The notes beneath the pieces were generated by a model, which saw nothing but the letters and a program-made list of their open reading frames with translations, had not been told where the DNA came from and ran no database searches. A DNA stretch of 61,984 nt, filler included, from Nemertoderma westbladi (lineage: Eukaryota; Animalia; Xenacoelomorpha): NCBI GenBank assembly GCA_032718475.1. It is 3 parts of 3 records of this genome, joined end to end, with 100 filler letters (N's around TTAATTAATTAA, not from the genome) between each part and the next. Parts side by side here need not be neighbours in the genome. Positions count along the whole stretch, not along the records: positions 16,410 to 45,576 come from JAUCBJ010003839.1; 2 more parts are not named here. One strand, written 5' to 3'. Made by a program: the position numbers and the translations under genes. This document shows positions 27,114-38,835 of this stretch, one piece after another; within the stretch, counting starts at the first letter, position 1; each line of letters starts with the position of its first letter.

Positions 27114-28145
27114 ACATGAGAGTAAAAACCCAAGCGATCATTTTGTGAACATCCAATGATATTGCCTGTTTTATAAATGCTTTAAGTTGTTATGGGATGT
27201 TCTGTTTGATTGGTTGTTATGTGATTTACTTGCTAATCTTGGCCAGTATTAAATACACTAAATCAACAAGCACTGATCAATGTGTACAGATATACAGTAG
27301 GAGTCAATATGTTTCACAGGAGGCATGATGGCGGGGGGAGGGGGGGGGGGGGTTTTCGAAAACCTATCTTGGTGAATTAAAAGCACATTCCGGCAAATTA
27401 GCAATGATAATTATTAAGTGAGGGAAAGGAGCAGGTTGCTGTGGCAGGATAATGGATAGAATAATAATGATTTTTATTACGTACTACAGTATATTTATTA
27501 TTTATTTTGGAATAAAGATGTAAGGTAAAAAGAGCACGACATTGACATTTTCGTCGACATTGACGTCGTCGGGATGTGCAGTTTTCCGATGTCCGATCAT
27601 ATTACTTTTCTCTGTAAATCTTTTCTCGCAATGGGTATCGGTACACGTATAATAATCTTTTTCACAATTCATTATTAGGGCCTAGTGTATTACGTATTAT
27701 TTACCTACATTAAATGTCCAGTTACTGCTGTATTTTACGATATGACAGTATTTTACAAAGATTAAAGCTGTAAAGAGGCCTGGCCTCTATCCTAGAACCT
27801 AGAGCAAGAGTCCATCAATTGTATTATATTCTTAAGTACATTCCTGCATTCTTTCATTATTACGTCAGTCACTGCAAACAATCACTCATAGCGTCATAGG
27901 TAAGTGTGTTAGAGTCTGAGAGTACATGTAGAGCTACCGGCATACTGCTAATATTTAAATGTAAACTACTAAGTTACATTGATCGCTTGTTGATTTAGTG
28001 CATTTAATACTACTGGCCAAGATTAGCAAGTAAATCACACAACAACCAATCAAACAGAACATCCCATAACAACTTAGAGCATTTATAAAACAGGCAATAT
28101 CATTGGATGTTCACAAAATGATCGCTTGGGTTTTTACTCTCATGT
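27114..28145. mobile_element. Mutator-like (MULE) MITE with ~170-bp TIRs and 9-bp TSD, just upstream of COPZ
   Basis: ACATGAGAGTAAAAACCCAAGCG... and ...CGCTTGGGTTTTTACTCTCATGT are near-perfect inverted arms; ATTCCTTAT is duplicated at 27105-27113 and 28146-28154. Confidence 0.88.
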
Positions 28146-30733
28146 ATTCCTTATTAATTAAAGATTAAAGAAACTTAAAAGATTTAGTAGTTAGACCTAA
28201 CTGCAGAACTGTCAGCCGAAGGCCTATACTGCTATCAGGCTATAGTCCAGTACTGCAGTAGTCTAAGTCTATCAGTCATTCAGTTCAGTATGTCTGTTCA
28301 TGTTGTTTCCTAGCCGATCAGCCACTAGGCACTAGGGCCTACTGCAGTAAATTAGGCTAGGCCAATAAAATTATACAATACAAATTATACTAATAGGCCT
28401 ACAGCTGTACAGTATCAGAATATAGCTCTATAGCTGTAGCAGTAGCGTCCACGTGTCGGGTGTCGTGTACTGCTGTACTGTACAGCAACACTTCAGCAAC
28501 AGCACTACCTGCCTGCCTACTGACTGACTGACCTACCACTGTACCACACCGACATACTGTACAGTACTTACAGTAAGTACTGAAGTAATGCAGTAATGGG
28601 AAGGCCAATATCAAGGCCTACTTCTGTACTTGACTGCTAGAAGACATTCTAGTCTGGTAGTCTGGTAGTAGGCTTTGGGTAATCATGGTAATATACGGCA
28701 TACGGCAATCAGGCAATACAAATTAAAATTTAGGTTAGGCCTACTCACATACGGTACCGTAGTTGTAATTCCCAAAGTCCATAGGCATTTGGGCCTATTT
28801 TATACTGTAGGCCTAAAGCTGCGAGTAGCAAGTGGGTAGTGGCAAATAGCGAGTTGGCTTATTTAGCCAATTAGTGGCGAGGCGATGAGAGAAAGTGTTT
28901 CACAAAATGTATTTAATTCAACGAGTAGAAAGTAGGCTACACAGGTAACAAGTAAATAATGAGAAAGTAGCAAGTAAATTGTTAAAAGCAGCAAGTAGCG
29001 AGAGAAAGTACTGTACTTCATAAAGAAAGTTTCTAATTTCTACTTTCCCTCGACTAATACCGTGTTCAAACTGAAAGTATTACCACAGCAGTAAGAACAG
29101 GCAACGGTAGGCACACTGTAGCTTGAAAACATTTGGAAATAGGCCTAATGCCGACAACCGGTTCAGTCTCTACAGAAAACTGAAAGTATTACCGGTAGGC
29201 CTACCCCTACTCATGTGATAGGAATCAATAAGTCAACAACAGCATACACTGCATTATACAGTTATAGTGTTATACAGCAGGTTTACCGCTTTTACAGTTA
29301 CTAATACTGGCTATCTACATACTTCCAATTCAGGTGCAAATCGAACTATTGTACAGTAGATTGTCAAGGTCAAGTGAAATGCGCTTTTAGATAATATCTG
29401 CGACATTGAGTCGCAATCACAAACTGACAATGTGACAATACTGTTGGCGAATCCAACTCAAACGCTAAAGTCGAAAGTTCGCTTATTAAAAGCTATGTTG
29501 CAGCATGCGGAGTTAGAAAAGGTGCAAGTGCGAAAATTTTCACCGACTTTCACGAAATATGATGTCAAGCGCACCTGGACGGAAATTGCCCAAAATGCGA
29601 AATCGTACGGCTATATAATAATTGGAAGAAACACCAGTCACTGGGAGTTTGTTAATCCCAGTAAAAAATCCGCATTCGTAACGCATGGGATGGCGCATAT
29701 TTCACGCATTCTGAAATGTTACATAGATGACCTACTCTTACCGGTAGATATGTACAGTATGAACGACTGAATAGACTGAATATGACTTGTAGGACCGTTA
29801 CGCTATTAATAATGGAATCTGCACAATGTAAATGGTTTTCTAACTACTAATACGCGATACAAAAAACTAACAATTCTTCTACTGTACAAAATATATGAAA
29901 TTTGTATATTATAAACTAATGTACATACAGTAGCACCATATTTTATTTAAACTATCCTAATACTGTACAAAATATTTTATTTTTTATACTGTACAACTTA
30001 CAAAACTACTACACCCTAAACTCCTAATAACACTCCAAATTTTTTCCTAAGAATGATTTTTGAATTTAGACATAACCCTTGTCAGAACTGTTGAAACCTC
30101 TATAGATACCCTTTTATTTAAAACTGACGACCTATTCCTTTTAATTAGTAAACTTTCAAAGCACTAGCACTATTATTGCTATTGCCTGGCTGCAACTGCG
30201 ATATACTGTAACTCAATTATTTTAATATATGTGCAATTCTTTATAATATGGAAGTTTTAATGGAATAATAAATAAATGTTAAATGTTAAAACAGTATTTC
30301 AATATCACACATAGAATCGTTCCCAACTTTGTCGTTATACATACAAACATGTAGCCTACAAACATACCTGTACATCCATCGTGTTTTTGCCGGCCTCAAC
30401 TTTAGACAAAAACTAGCTAACTAGCCAAGACAGGTTCGTTTTAATTTGCTAAAAAAAAATAAATAAAATAGAAATTTAACGTGTCAGCAAGAACGCTATT
30501 TTTAAATTAGGGAAACTTGACGCAAATCCCATCTCGGGGAATTAATAATTTCATAATTTCGTCAGCATTTGATATGTTAAATTATTAATTAATGGAAAGG
30601 AACATGTTATAGTGGTACGTTATTCTAACAAAAACAATAAACGCATGTCCATAGAATTCATTACTATTGTATTTTTGGGAGTAATCAGTTGTTATTGGCG
30701 TAGATGAATTGATTACGTTGATTTTGAAAACTT

Positions 30734-30817
30734 CCCCGGCCCATGCGAGGATCGAACCCACGACCTACTGTACGAGAGATGTGAATTCAATGCAACCACT
30801 ACACCAAGGTTGGGCCC
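30734..30817 (-). mobile_element. tRNA-derived SINE head
   Basis: Minus strand has A-box TGGTGTAGTGG and B-box GGTTCGATCC; cloverleaf is degenerate. Confidence 0.55.
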
Positions 30818-31769
30818 TCGAAATAATACATCGAAACAACGAGTAGTTTTTTTATTCTCCGACCACTAGGCATTCACGGCTATATAGAGTAGCTTAGTTT
30901 CTTTACCATAAGACGTGAATCGGCAACATTCCGGCTCTTTGGAGTGATAACACGTGTTTTCCCATATGTGGCCCATCATAATTATTTAAAATTAAATCCG
31001 ATCATAATTTTGGATACATACATACTGTATGTAGAGGAAGTTTGTGTGCGTCTGTGGTAGGCCTAATTGAAATATTCATATCCTGATATCATATCCTAAA
31101 CACATAATTTCCCAAATATATTGGCACAGATGGATGACGGATGTAAAAAGTGGAAGTAATAAACCAATTAATGTGTTCTAATCTAATAAATTAATTCCGC
31201 CAGCATATGAGTTCGGAGAGTCGATCAGTCATACTATAAATACTGTAAGAAACACTTTAGGTCACAGAGTCATTTCCTTTCCGACGAACTGCTTTGGTGT
31301 AGGCCTACTGTATAGAGTTTGGTACGCACTTTCATTTATTAGGTGCTACTGTACACTATTGCACTTGTACACGATTTTAACAAGTTTGTTAATATCGTTG
31401 TTTACCAGTTTACCAGAGAGCGGCGCAAAAATAATCGAGTAATGCTGATGACAAGGTTTGGGGTAGGCCAACTGTAATCCACACGGGTGATACGTGATAC
31501 TGTATCGGGCTTTCTGATATCTATACTACAGTACAGTAGTGGGCCTACTCTACTGTATGTAAAAACTACCGCAGTTTTCTATTTAACCCATTAAAGCCTG
31601 TGGTGTTGGCAAATGCTAACACCCCCCGCTGGATATATTTAGTGTGATAATTACTGTAGAAGGGATTGAACCAATCCAATCAGTAATTAAAATTTTATAT
31701 AAACTTAAAAAATATTTCAAATATCTCAAATTATTTTGAATAAACTTCGTCTAGGACTACTTCTCCATA

Positions 31770-34311
31770 ATGTCAGTTGCCATGATAGTTGGGGTAACTT
31801 TGGTTTTGGCTCTGCACTCCGTCGGCAGTAATGCGATGAAAATGGTAGCAAATATTGACGGCTTTCCTTGTCATGGAGCCAATGTCTTCCTGGACCAGCA
31901 AGTCAGTGACTTCGCAGGGATTCGAGCACAATTCAATAACGACGTCAGTGATGCATTCTGGCAAACATTTTCGTACGTTACATACAGTACAATTGACCTA
32001 CTGTACGTAGTCAGCAATAGGTCTGCTAAAATTTATGGTTTATATTTTTATTGGCATTGGAGCAAGTATATAGTCGTAGAGACGACACAGTTTTAAAACC
32101 TAAAAATTTCAATTTATTACATTTACAAATGTAATTTAAGCATAGTTGACTGTCAACCCAATAATACAATGATGGCTATACATATTTCTTCCATAGAATG
32201 AGAGAGATGGGCTGTGAAGATCCTAGTAATGGTATACAAGGACCATGTGACGGGTTATCGTCCGTGGATTCTAAGACTGTCGCATGGCTCGCTCCTGAAG
32301 TTGTGGACTTTTGGTCACCGACTTTGAACTTTTCGGATCCCGATTTTATTAATCAGGCTCGTTATGGGAGAAGTTTTGTTCACCCCTACACATTTGGGAC
32401 TTTTGAATACGATTTCGGCTACGCACCTCATGTAAGCATTACTACAGCCATATTAAATCTGTATCAATTACACAGTAGGCCCTAATGTACACTTTTTTTT
32501 ATTTTTCCGGACTTGCCCCGCAAGGTGTTTATACAGCTTATCGAAGAGAGCCCAGCCCACATTACTAAACAGCTTTATTGGTTGAAACTGACCTGCATAA
32601 CAATCCCCCCCCCCCCCCCCCTTAACTTATGACTAATTATAATTAAATACGACTACCGGTAACTACTGTACTGTAGGTCTAATTGTTTACAAGAAAAACC
32701 AAAAACACATTCTCATTCACAAATTATTATGTACATCTGCTGTTTCCAACGGTATGTAGGTGTTGTAATTCAAATTTAAAAATGACATCCTGGTACTGTG
32801 TACTATTATGCATTTAAGTATGGCATTATTGTTTTCAGAGGAACAGTATTTGGCGCCTCTGTTAAATTAATTAAAATATAAATCTTGCAGTGTTCCGAAG
32901 TAGATAAACTCAACCCAGTCTGTTATGAAGACAGGTCTGATGTAACTCTAGAGGAGTGGGACATGGCTTCTGGTGACATCTCACTTGTATGCGAGACAGA
33001 CGGTACTGGGTCTTACGATATTAAGGCCAAAAACTTACTTCCTAGGTAGGTCAATTCGGTAAAACTGAAGAGTACCGGTGTCACAGGCGAAAATGGCCTC
33101 TCTTTTGATAGCTGATGCTACCCGAAGGTGGGATGGGCAGATACAGTACTGTACAGTACATACTGTTGTCTGCACTTATCCCATGCAGTATAATTTATAT
33201 CGAATAAATATTTGATTTTAGAACAATGTACTCGGTGTGGGCAGTGTTCGCCTGTTCTTTATCGCACGAAGACGATAACAGATGTCCTGGAGTTGATGCT
33301 AATGGTGATCCCGTGGGTTCCCCTATGGCTTTCAATATGATGGGTGGGCTAGCGAGTGTAATCGTCACTGATGAGTAAGTATGTATTAAAAGTCGTTACA
33401 TGTTAAATACATACAATTACAATGCCGTTTTGTGGATTATATAAAATAGTAAAGTTTGTTATAATTACGGATAAAATAATGATAGGCCTACTGTCGAGTT
33501 TCTACTACAGATTAACGCTGGACAAATATTGTATAGCCCGGCTCACAAATACTGTGCACTTCTGGGTGACAGCGCTGTCATCGCATATCATATACGCCTT
33601 GGGATATACAGAGCTGTATAAAGGTTCTTTCAAACTGCGACGTAAAAACCACTACGCTGTGTATCCTATGAACCGGGTTTAAGTCCTACAGTACTTATAA
33701 CCAATAAATCAAGCGCGAAATCGCGCAAAGGTCCGCGTTTACTGACGCATGAACTATCTCCTTGGATGGCTTACTTCCAATTTTACTAACAAAAAAATTT
33801 ACGGGAACGGGGGATTGAACTCAGTACCTAGATATTTCAAGTCCAACGCTCTACCAATAACGCCATTGCGCCGTATGAAGCCTTATAAAACTAAAATCTA
33901 ACTGGAAATTAATAACAACTACAACAGCAATGGGGTGAATATTAGTATAGGTCTCGCTACGCGGTATTAAAAATACTTCTCCACTCTAAGTACCATGTAT
34001 TTGTTCCTGGAACTTGTAATGTAATTGTAACATTTAATTGTACAATAAGAGTCTGTAATTAATATGAAGCAAAATTTATCAATATCATCACCAAAAACAC
34101 ACATTTTGTTTTCAGCAAAGGCGATGGTGAAATCTCGAAGCCGCTGTCCTATTGCCCCCTGGATCCTGACAACCCCATCATGTATTCTGCCCTGTTCGCC
34201 CATCCTGATGGGATTATGTGGGGTGGCATGCCTTCAAGTTATCGAAATTTACCGCCTTTTGGGAGCGACCATCTTTGTTTCAACATTGGAGATTATTTAT
34301 TAGATGAATAA
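31770..34311 (+). CDS. Uncharacterised secreted protein, 5 exons, 313 aa
   Basis: Exons 31770-31972, 32197-32431, 32891-33045, 33222-33374 and 34116-34311, all GT-AG and phase-consistent, give 942 nt without an internal stop. Hydrophobic signal peptide MSVAMIVGVTLVLALHSVGSNA; motifs GFPCHGANVFL, VTLEEWDMASG..LVC..DG, NLLPRTMYSVW, GGLASVIVTDDKGDG, YCP, HPDGIMWGGMP, DHLCF. AATAAA overlaps the stop. Confidence 0.8.
33801..33873 (-). mobile_element. tRNA-derived SINE head in intron 4 of the secreted-protein gene
   Basis: Minus strand GGCGCAATGGCGTTATTGGTAGAGCG...GAGTTCAATCCCC has A/B boxes; the acceptor stem is not intact. Confidence 0.55.
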
Positions 34312-34677
34312 ACGATTTACAGTAGGCCCCCCTATTGTGGGTAACTCAATATTATGGTGAAACATGGAACATACCTTTGTGTTGGTGTCTGGGTAAATTG
34401 AACTTCATGTAGGCCTATTTTACTTACAGTATAAATGTTATTGGTTGTTTCTGTTACTGTTTCAATGTACAGTAGGCTTACAGTGCTACAGTACAGTAGT
34501 ACAAGTAGTTCCAGCAAGGTGGTATTGTGTCAAAGCTCGGCGTTTATCATGTGTTGTCTCCAGCTGATGTTTAATGCTGATGCCCTTAGTAAGTAATATT
34601 GTGTAACTAAACCGTAGCTACTGTATTTTGAAATAAACGTAATGAACCAAAACGTGGTGTTTATTAAATAGAAAGAA

Positions 34678-34931
34678 GGCGAGGTAGCTGAGTCGGTTGA
34701 GCGCCGGGCCTGTAATCTAATGGTTGTAGGTTCGAGCAGGTTCGAGCCCTGGCAGTGTCTACTCAGCCTTTCATCCCCTGCGGTAGATAAAAATGAGTAC
34801 CCGTTAAATAACATGGAGCAAAACTAGGGATATGAGTAGCGCCCACCCCTACCTTCGGGGAGCACCTATTGAAAGAGGAGTCTTCGGGTCGCCTCAGTCT
34901 TCGGCCCAAGGTTAATTTGCATGCTTCTATG
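34678..34931 (+). mobile_element. Complete tRNA-derived SINE with Deu/Nin-type central domain
   Basis: A-box TAGCTGAGTCGG and duplicated B-box AGGTTCGAGC, then ACTCAGCCTTTCATCCCCTGCGGTAGATAAAAATGAGTACC (Deu/Nin core). 13-bp TSD TAAATAGAAAGAA at 34665-34677 and 34932-34944. Confidence 0.88.
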
Positions 34932-35254
34932 TAAATAGAAAGAAAACTTTCTCTCAGCTATTCCTCAACGAAATTCATATTTTAACACATATTTTGAATC
35001 ACTAGAACACTACCTTTCCAAATATACCAACGGCAACAAACAACTACTGTAGGTGTAGGTGTGACAAGTAACTGGACGGGTGCAAGGTGGCAAAAATAAA
35101 AATGATGAAACAAATCACCCAGAAGTAGGTTGTCTCTATCAAATTTCATGCATTATCATGTAGAAACATTCTCAAGTGTAATTTGTCAAAAATTTGGGGG
35201 GGGGGGGGGATGGGTGGGGTCGCGTGCACTGATTATGACAATACGCTAAAAACC

Positions 35255-35410
35255 GCCCAACTTCCTGGATGCAGAGTGCCGATGCGGACTCCCAGGCCAG
35301 CCTCCCAGGGCTTCAACTACAAGTGGGATGAACCCCACCCCAAAGGAACGGCAGTCTGATGCGTGGGCGGCTCTCTTGCGTTCCTTGGCAATAGTGAGAG
35401 CATGGCACGG
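35255..35410 (-). mobile_element. CRE-clade LINE fragment
   Basis: Minus-strand translation HALTIAKERKRAAHASDCRSFGVGFIPLVVEALGGW, typical of the C-terminal restriction-like endonuclease region of CRE elements. Confidence 0.65.
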
Positions 35411-35553
35411 GTGGTATACAGATACATATATACAGTGTATTAATATAGATTTTTATATGCGTAATAAAAGTCGATATTAAATATTTTACACCCTTTGATA
35501 GTGGCGCTTAAATGTAGTGGCGCTTAGATGTACTGTATAAATGATTATGCAAC

Positions 35554-35621
35554 TTTGTCGACAAGCCGGCACAGCATTCTTTAAAATTCAACTGCAATGC
35601 TGCATGCCGATCTAGTAGTAG
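35554..35621 (+). mobile_element. Very short RTE 3' end copy
   Basis: TTTGTCGACAAGCCGGCACAGCATTCTT...GCATGCCGATCTAGTAGTAG matches the 3' terminus of the 22286-24250 element. Confidence 0.75.
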
Positions 35622-35724
35622 ATAGTGGCGCTTATATCCTTATTGTATATTATATTTGCTTAGGTGCATCATAATTTTTCCACACTAATAAGCATACAGT
35701 ACTGTACTAACATAATGTTGTACA

Positions 35725-36465
35725 CAACATGCGGAGGCCAAGGACATTATTCTTAGGGCACTAACCTCTGCAGGTACTGCATCTACCCTTGAACCGCGAG
35801 GCCTGACCAGAGACGGGAAGAAACCAGACGGGATGTCCCTAGCCCCTTGGTCATCAGGTAAACCATTGGTGTGGGATTACACATGCAGGGACACCCTTGC
35901 ACCATCACACCTCCACAGCACATCAGTTAGGGCCGGTGCTGCTGCAGCCTTAGCCGAAACCACCAAGGGCAACAAATATGCAGATCTCAAACACAACTAT
36001 ATCTTCGCCACCATAGCCACTGAAACCCTCGGACCCATAGGAGAGGAGGGAACAGCCATTTTAAACGAGATAGGACGTAGGATTGCTCGAGCCACCGGCG
36101 AACCATGCTCAACCTCTTTCTTGTTCCAGAGGCTATCAATAGCAACCGTTTTAGGCAACGCGACAGCCGTGCTCGGAACCAACCCAGACAGGCCAACCTA
36201 GACGAGATATTACAAATGTAGGGGAAGGGTGGGGCGACCCATAACTTTTAGAGATCGATGATTATGTAACCAGATATTTTGTGAGCTCACCTACACTATT
36301 TTTAAGTAGCTGCTGTGCCATTTCTCCAGGATTCCTATTTAATTAGTTTTTACAAGTTTACTCGATTGTATATTTGTTGTTTGCATTAATGTTTTATTAG
36401 TAAGTATGTATTTGGTATATCTCTCGTCTATTTGTAAATACAATATTATCTTAAAAAAAAAAAAA
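35725..36465 (+). mobile_element. 5'-truncated CRE-clade non-LTR retrotransposon
   Basis: HAEAKDIILRALTSAG...LEPRGLTRDGKKPDGMSLAPWSSGKPLVWDYTCRDTLAPS...AETTKGNKY...ATETLGPIG...FLFQRLSIA (PD..D restriction-like endonuclease), then a 3' UTR and poly(A) at ~36453-36465. Confidence 0.88.
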
Positions 36466-36714
36466 CATACTGTATATAATTACATATTTATTTACTTACA
36501 TTACTATCTTCCCATAGTCATATGTACTATATACTGTACTACGCAATATTAAGTCACTTACTCAACTACTGAATATACAATTCGCACTTAACAAACAAAT
36601 AAAATAATACTTTTATAAGTGTGTGGTGGCGGGAATTATGAAAATGGCCATAGGATGTCATATTCTGTATCATTACCGGTCACACTACAGCACTACTACA
36701 GTTTAACGTTGTCA

Positions 36715-36763
36715 TTTCTGCCTGAAGAAGGACACCCGTAAGGGATCAGAAATATTGCAAAAA
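36715..36763 (+). ncRNA. Degenerate minimal hammerhead ribozyme (Penelope pLTR type)
   Basis: TTTCTGC-CTGAAGA-A-GGACACCCGTAAGGGATCA-GAAA-TATT-GCAAAAA: core motifs present with a palindromic stem III, but stem II is mismatched. Confidence 0.35.
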
Positions 36764-37682
36764 AAACTGATTTTGTCATTTTAATCATCCTACATACTGA
36801 CCCGTTTATATGTTTGCTCTATTCACGTATATTACTAAGTCTCTTTGTTTCCATTGGATAATTTAAATATTCTACAGTACTATAAACTACTCAGTCTAGC
36901 AGTGGTTATACGAAAGCTGATAATACTGTATATAATTCAATTGTTTAGTAAAATAACAAGTGCAACAAATCATGGTAGACAATTAGACTCTCCATGTCCC
37001 CCTTGTCAACGAGTTAGCACATTAAATATATCCTTGCCCTCTCGTGAACAAAGGCAATAAATGGCAATGGAGAATCGATAAGAACCATCGACCTATTTCC
37101 TTGTAAACTATTATTGAACACTACACAATAACAAATTTATTGCGTGCGCAACGGATGAAGTGAAGAATACAGTAAGTTGTAGAGTAGAGTATACCACTAC
37201 TAGGAGATATTTTGATGGGTGTATATACACTGTATACATGTGGTCTGTTGAACATACAGTATATTTTTATTTTAGTACTGAACCGCTTGGAATATGTAGG
37301 CATAGGCCTTTTAATGATAAATCTATACAGATACTCAGATGTCTCTGTCATAAGATCGCTGCACGAATTTTAAACATGTCTGCAAGTTTAATACAGTACT
37401 GCAGTAATATAGTAGGCCTGTCTTTCTGCCTGTTGTACAGCTGTAGCCCTGTAGCCATATACAGATATCTGGATATATACTGATATAGGTAGCTGATAGC
37501 AGTAGGCTACAGCTTACTGGCTTAAGGTTGTCGGGTCCAGTCCTACAGTCCTAATATGTAATACCTGAATACTGTAAATACTCTGATACTGTAATACAGT
37601 AATACTGTAATAAGACCAGACTGCAAGAAGACAGCTGGACCCAGGTTGGAATTTATGTAGAGTTGGAGTTTGCTCAAACATA

Positions 37683-37780
37683 TGTGGCGCGCATTTCAGC
37701 ATTTAGGATCCTGGCGCGAAGGAACAGGGGCGTGTGGCGCGCATTGAGCCAGTGAGCTGTTGAGGATCCTGGCGCGGAAA
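37683..37780. promoter_or_regulatory. Duplicated GC module with E2F-like sites upstream of CWF19L2
   Basis: TGTGGCGCGCATT...AGGATCCTGGCGCG(AA/GAAA) occurs twice; TGGCGCGGAAA is the reverse complement of a TTTSSCGC E2F consensus. Confidence 0.35.
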
Positions 37781-38835
37781 TAGATGTAATGCACTTGCAG
37801 TAGCAAAATGCACTGCTGCACTGGCATGGCAACATACAGACATACCAGCCACTCTACTTGAAATTACAGAATTATACCGGTCTGCCAGTAGAGCCTATTT
37901 TTAAAAAGAGTTAGGCCTAGGCCTTAACAATTTTCGCTCGCTTCGCTCGCGTTTGTGTGTTAACCCCACTGTCAGACTGTATTAAGTATTACGTCCTACT
38001 CTTACCGGTATTCATCATTCAAATAACTGCTGAACTGTAATACTGTAATAGACAGATAGAGATATTTCTGTATTTGATTACAGTGATATTTTATTACTGT
38101 ATTACAGTAGGCCTATTTGTTTATTAACATATAGGCCTAGACGTAGTTCCGTGCCTTGAACAGTTTTGCACTCCCACATTCTGACATTTGACATAATGGA
38201 CAAACCGACAGATTGAGCATTGAACAGTTGAAGGTACCGTATCCAATCCACGTTAATCATCATGACCAATCAGGCCAAAGTTTTAATGACTTTCAAAATA
38301 AGAGTTGTTTGAAAGGTTTTTCAATTTTTCACACAAATATATACCGGTAGCCTAAAACCACGATTCAGCAGATTTTCCGTGCTTGCTACACTCCGATTTA
38401 ATTCATAATCACATCTGTAGGTAGGGTAAACCCAAGTCACATAGTTAGTGACCCAAAAACGTTAAAATCACATCTGGATTTAAAAACAGTCGGTTGACCT
38501 ACCATGTACTATCTCAAAATTACAGTATTACTGTTGGCCTATTCATGTTTACATTTCTGCAAAATTTTCTTGCTCGCCGCGCTCGCATTTTCATGTTAAA
38601 ATACTGTAGGAGTAGGTCTAGCTCTAGGTCTGTACGTACTGCAGTATAAATTGATAAATGATTACATTAATTGCAAAATTTAATGGTCAATCTTTCAATG
38701 GTTGTCGCGCATTGAATGTCATCGCTGGCGCACTTTTCGTTTAACCAGAACTCGTGTGGCGCGCTTTTTGTCAATATTCCATAAAGGCTGGACAGCAAGA
38801 CAGGGAGGTGAATGTAATAACTTACAGACTTAATA

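Noticed and set aside
32839-32890. Extra mini-exon EQYLAPL with a ~30-bp intron in the secreted-protein gene
   Set aside because: No GT-AG combination keeps the frame, whereas the 32891 acceptor alone does. Worth rechecking with RNA-seq.
34678-34750. Possible tRNA-Tyr gene (and tRNA-like stretches at 3281, 30734, 33801)
   Set aside because: No intact acceptor stems; at 34678 the duplicated B-box, SINE body and TSD show a SINE head.
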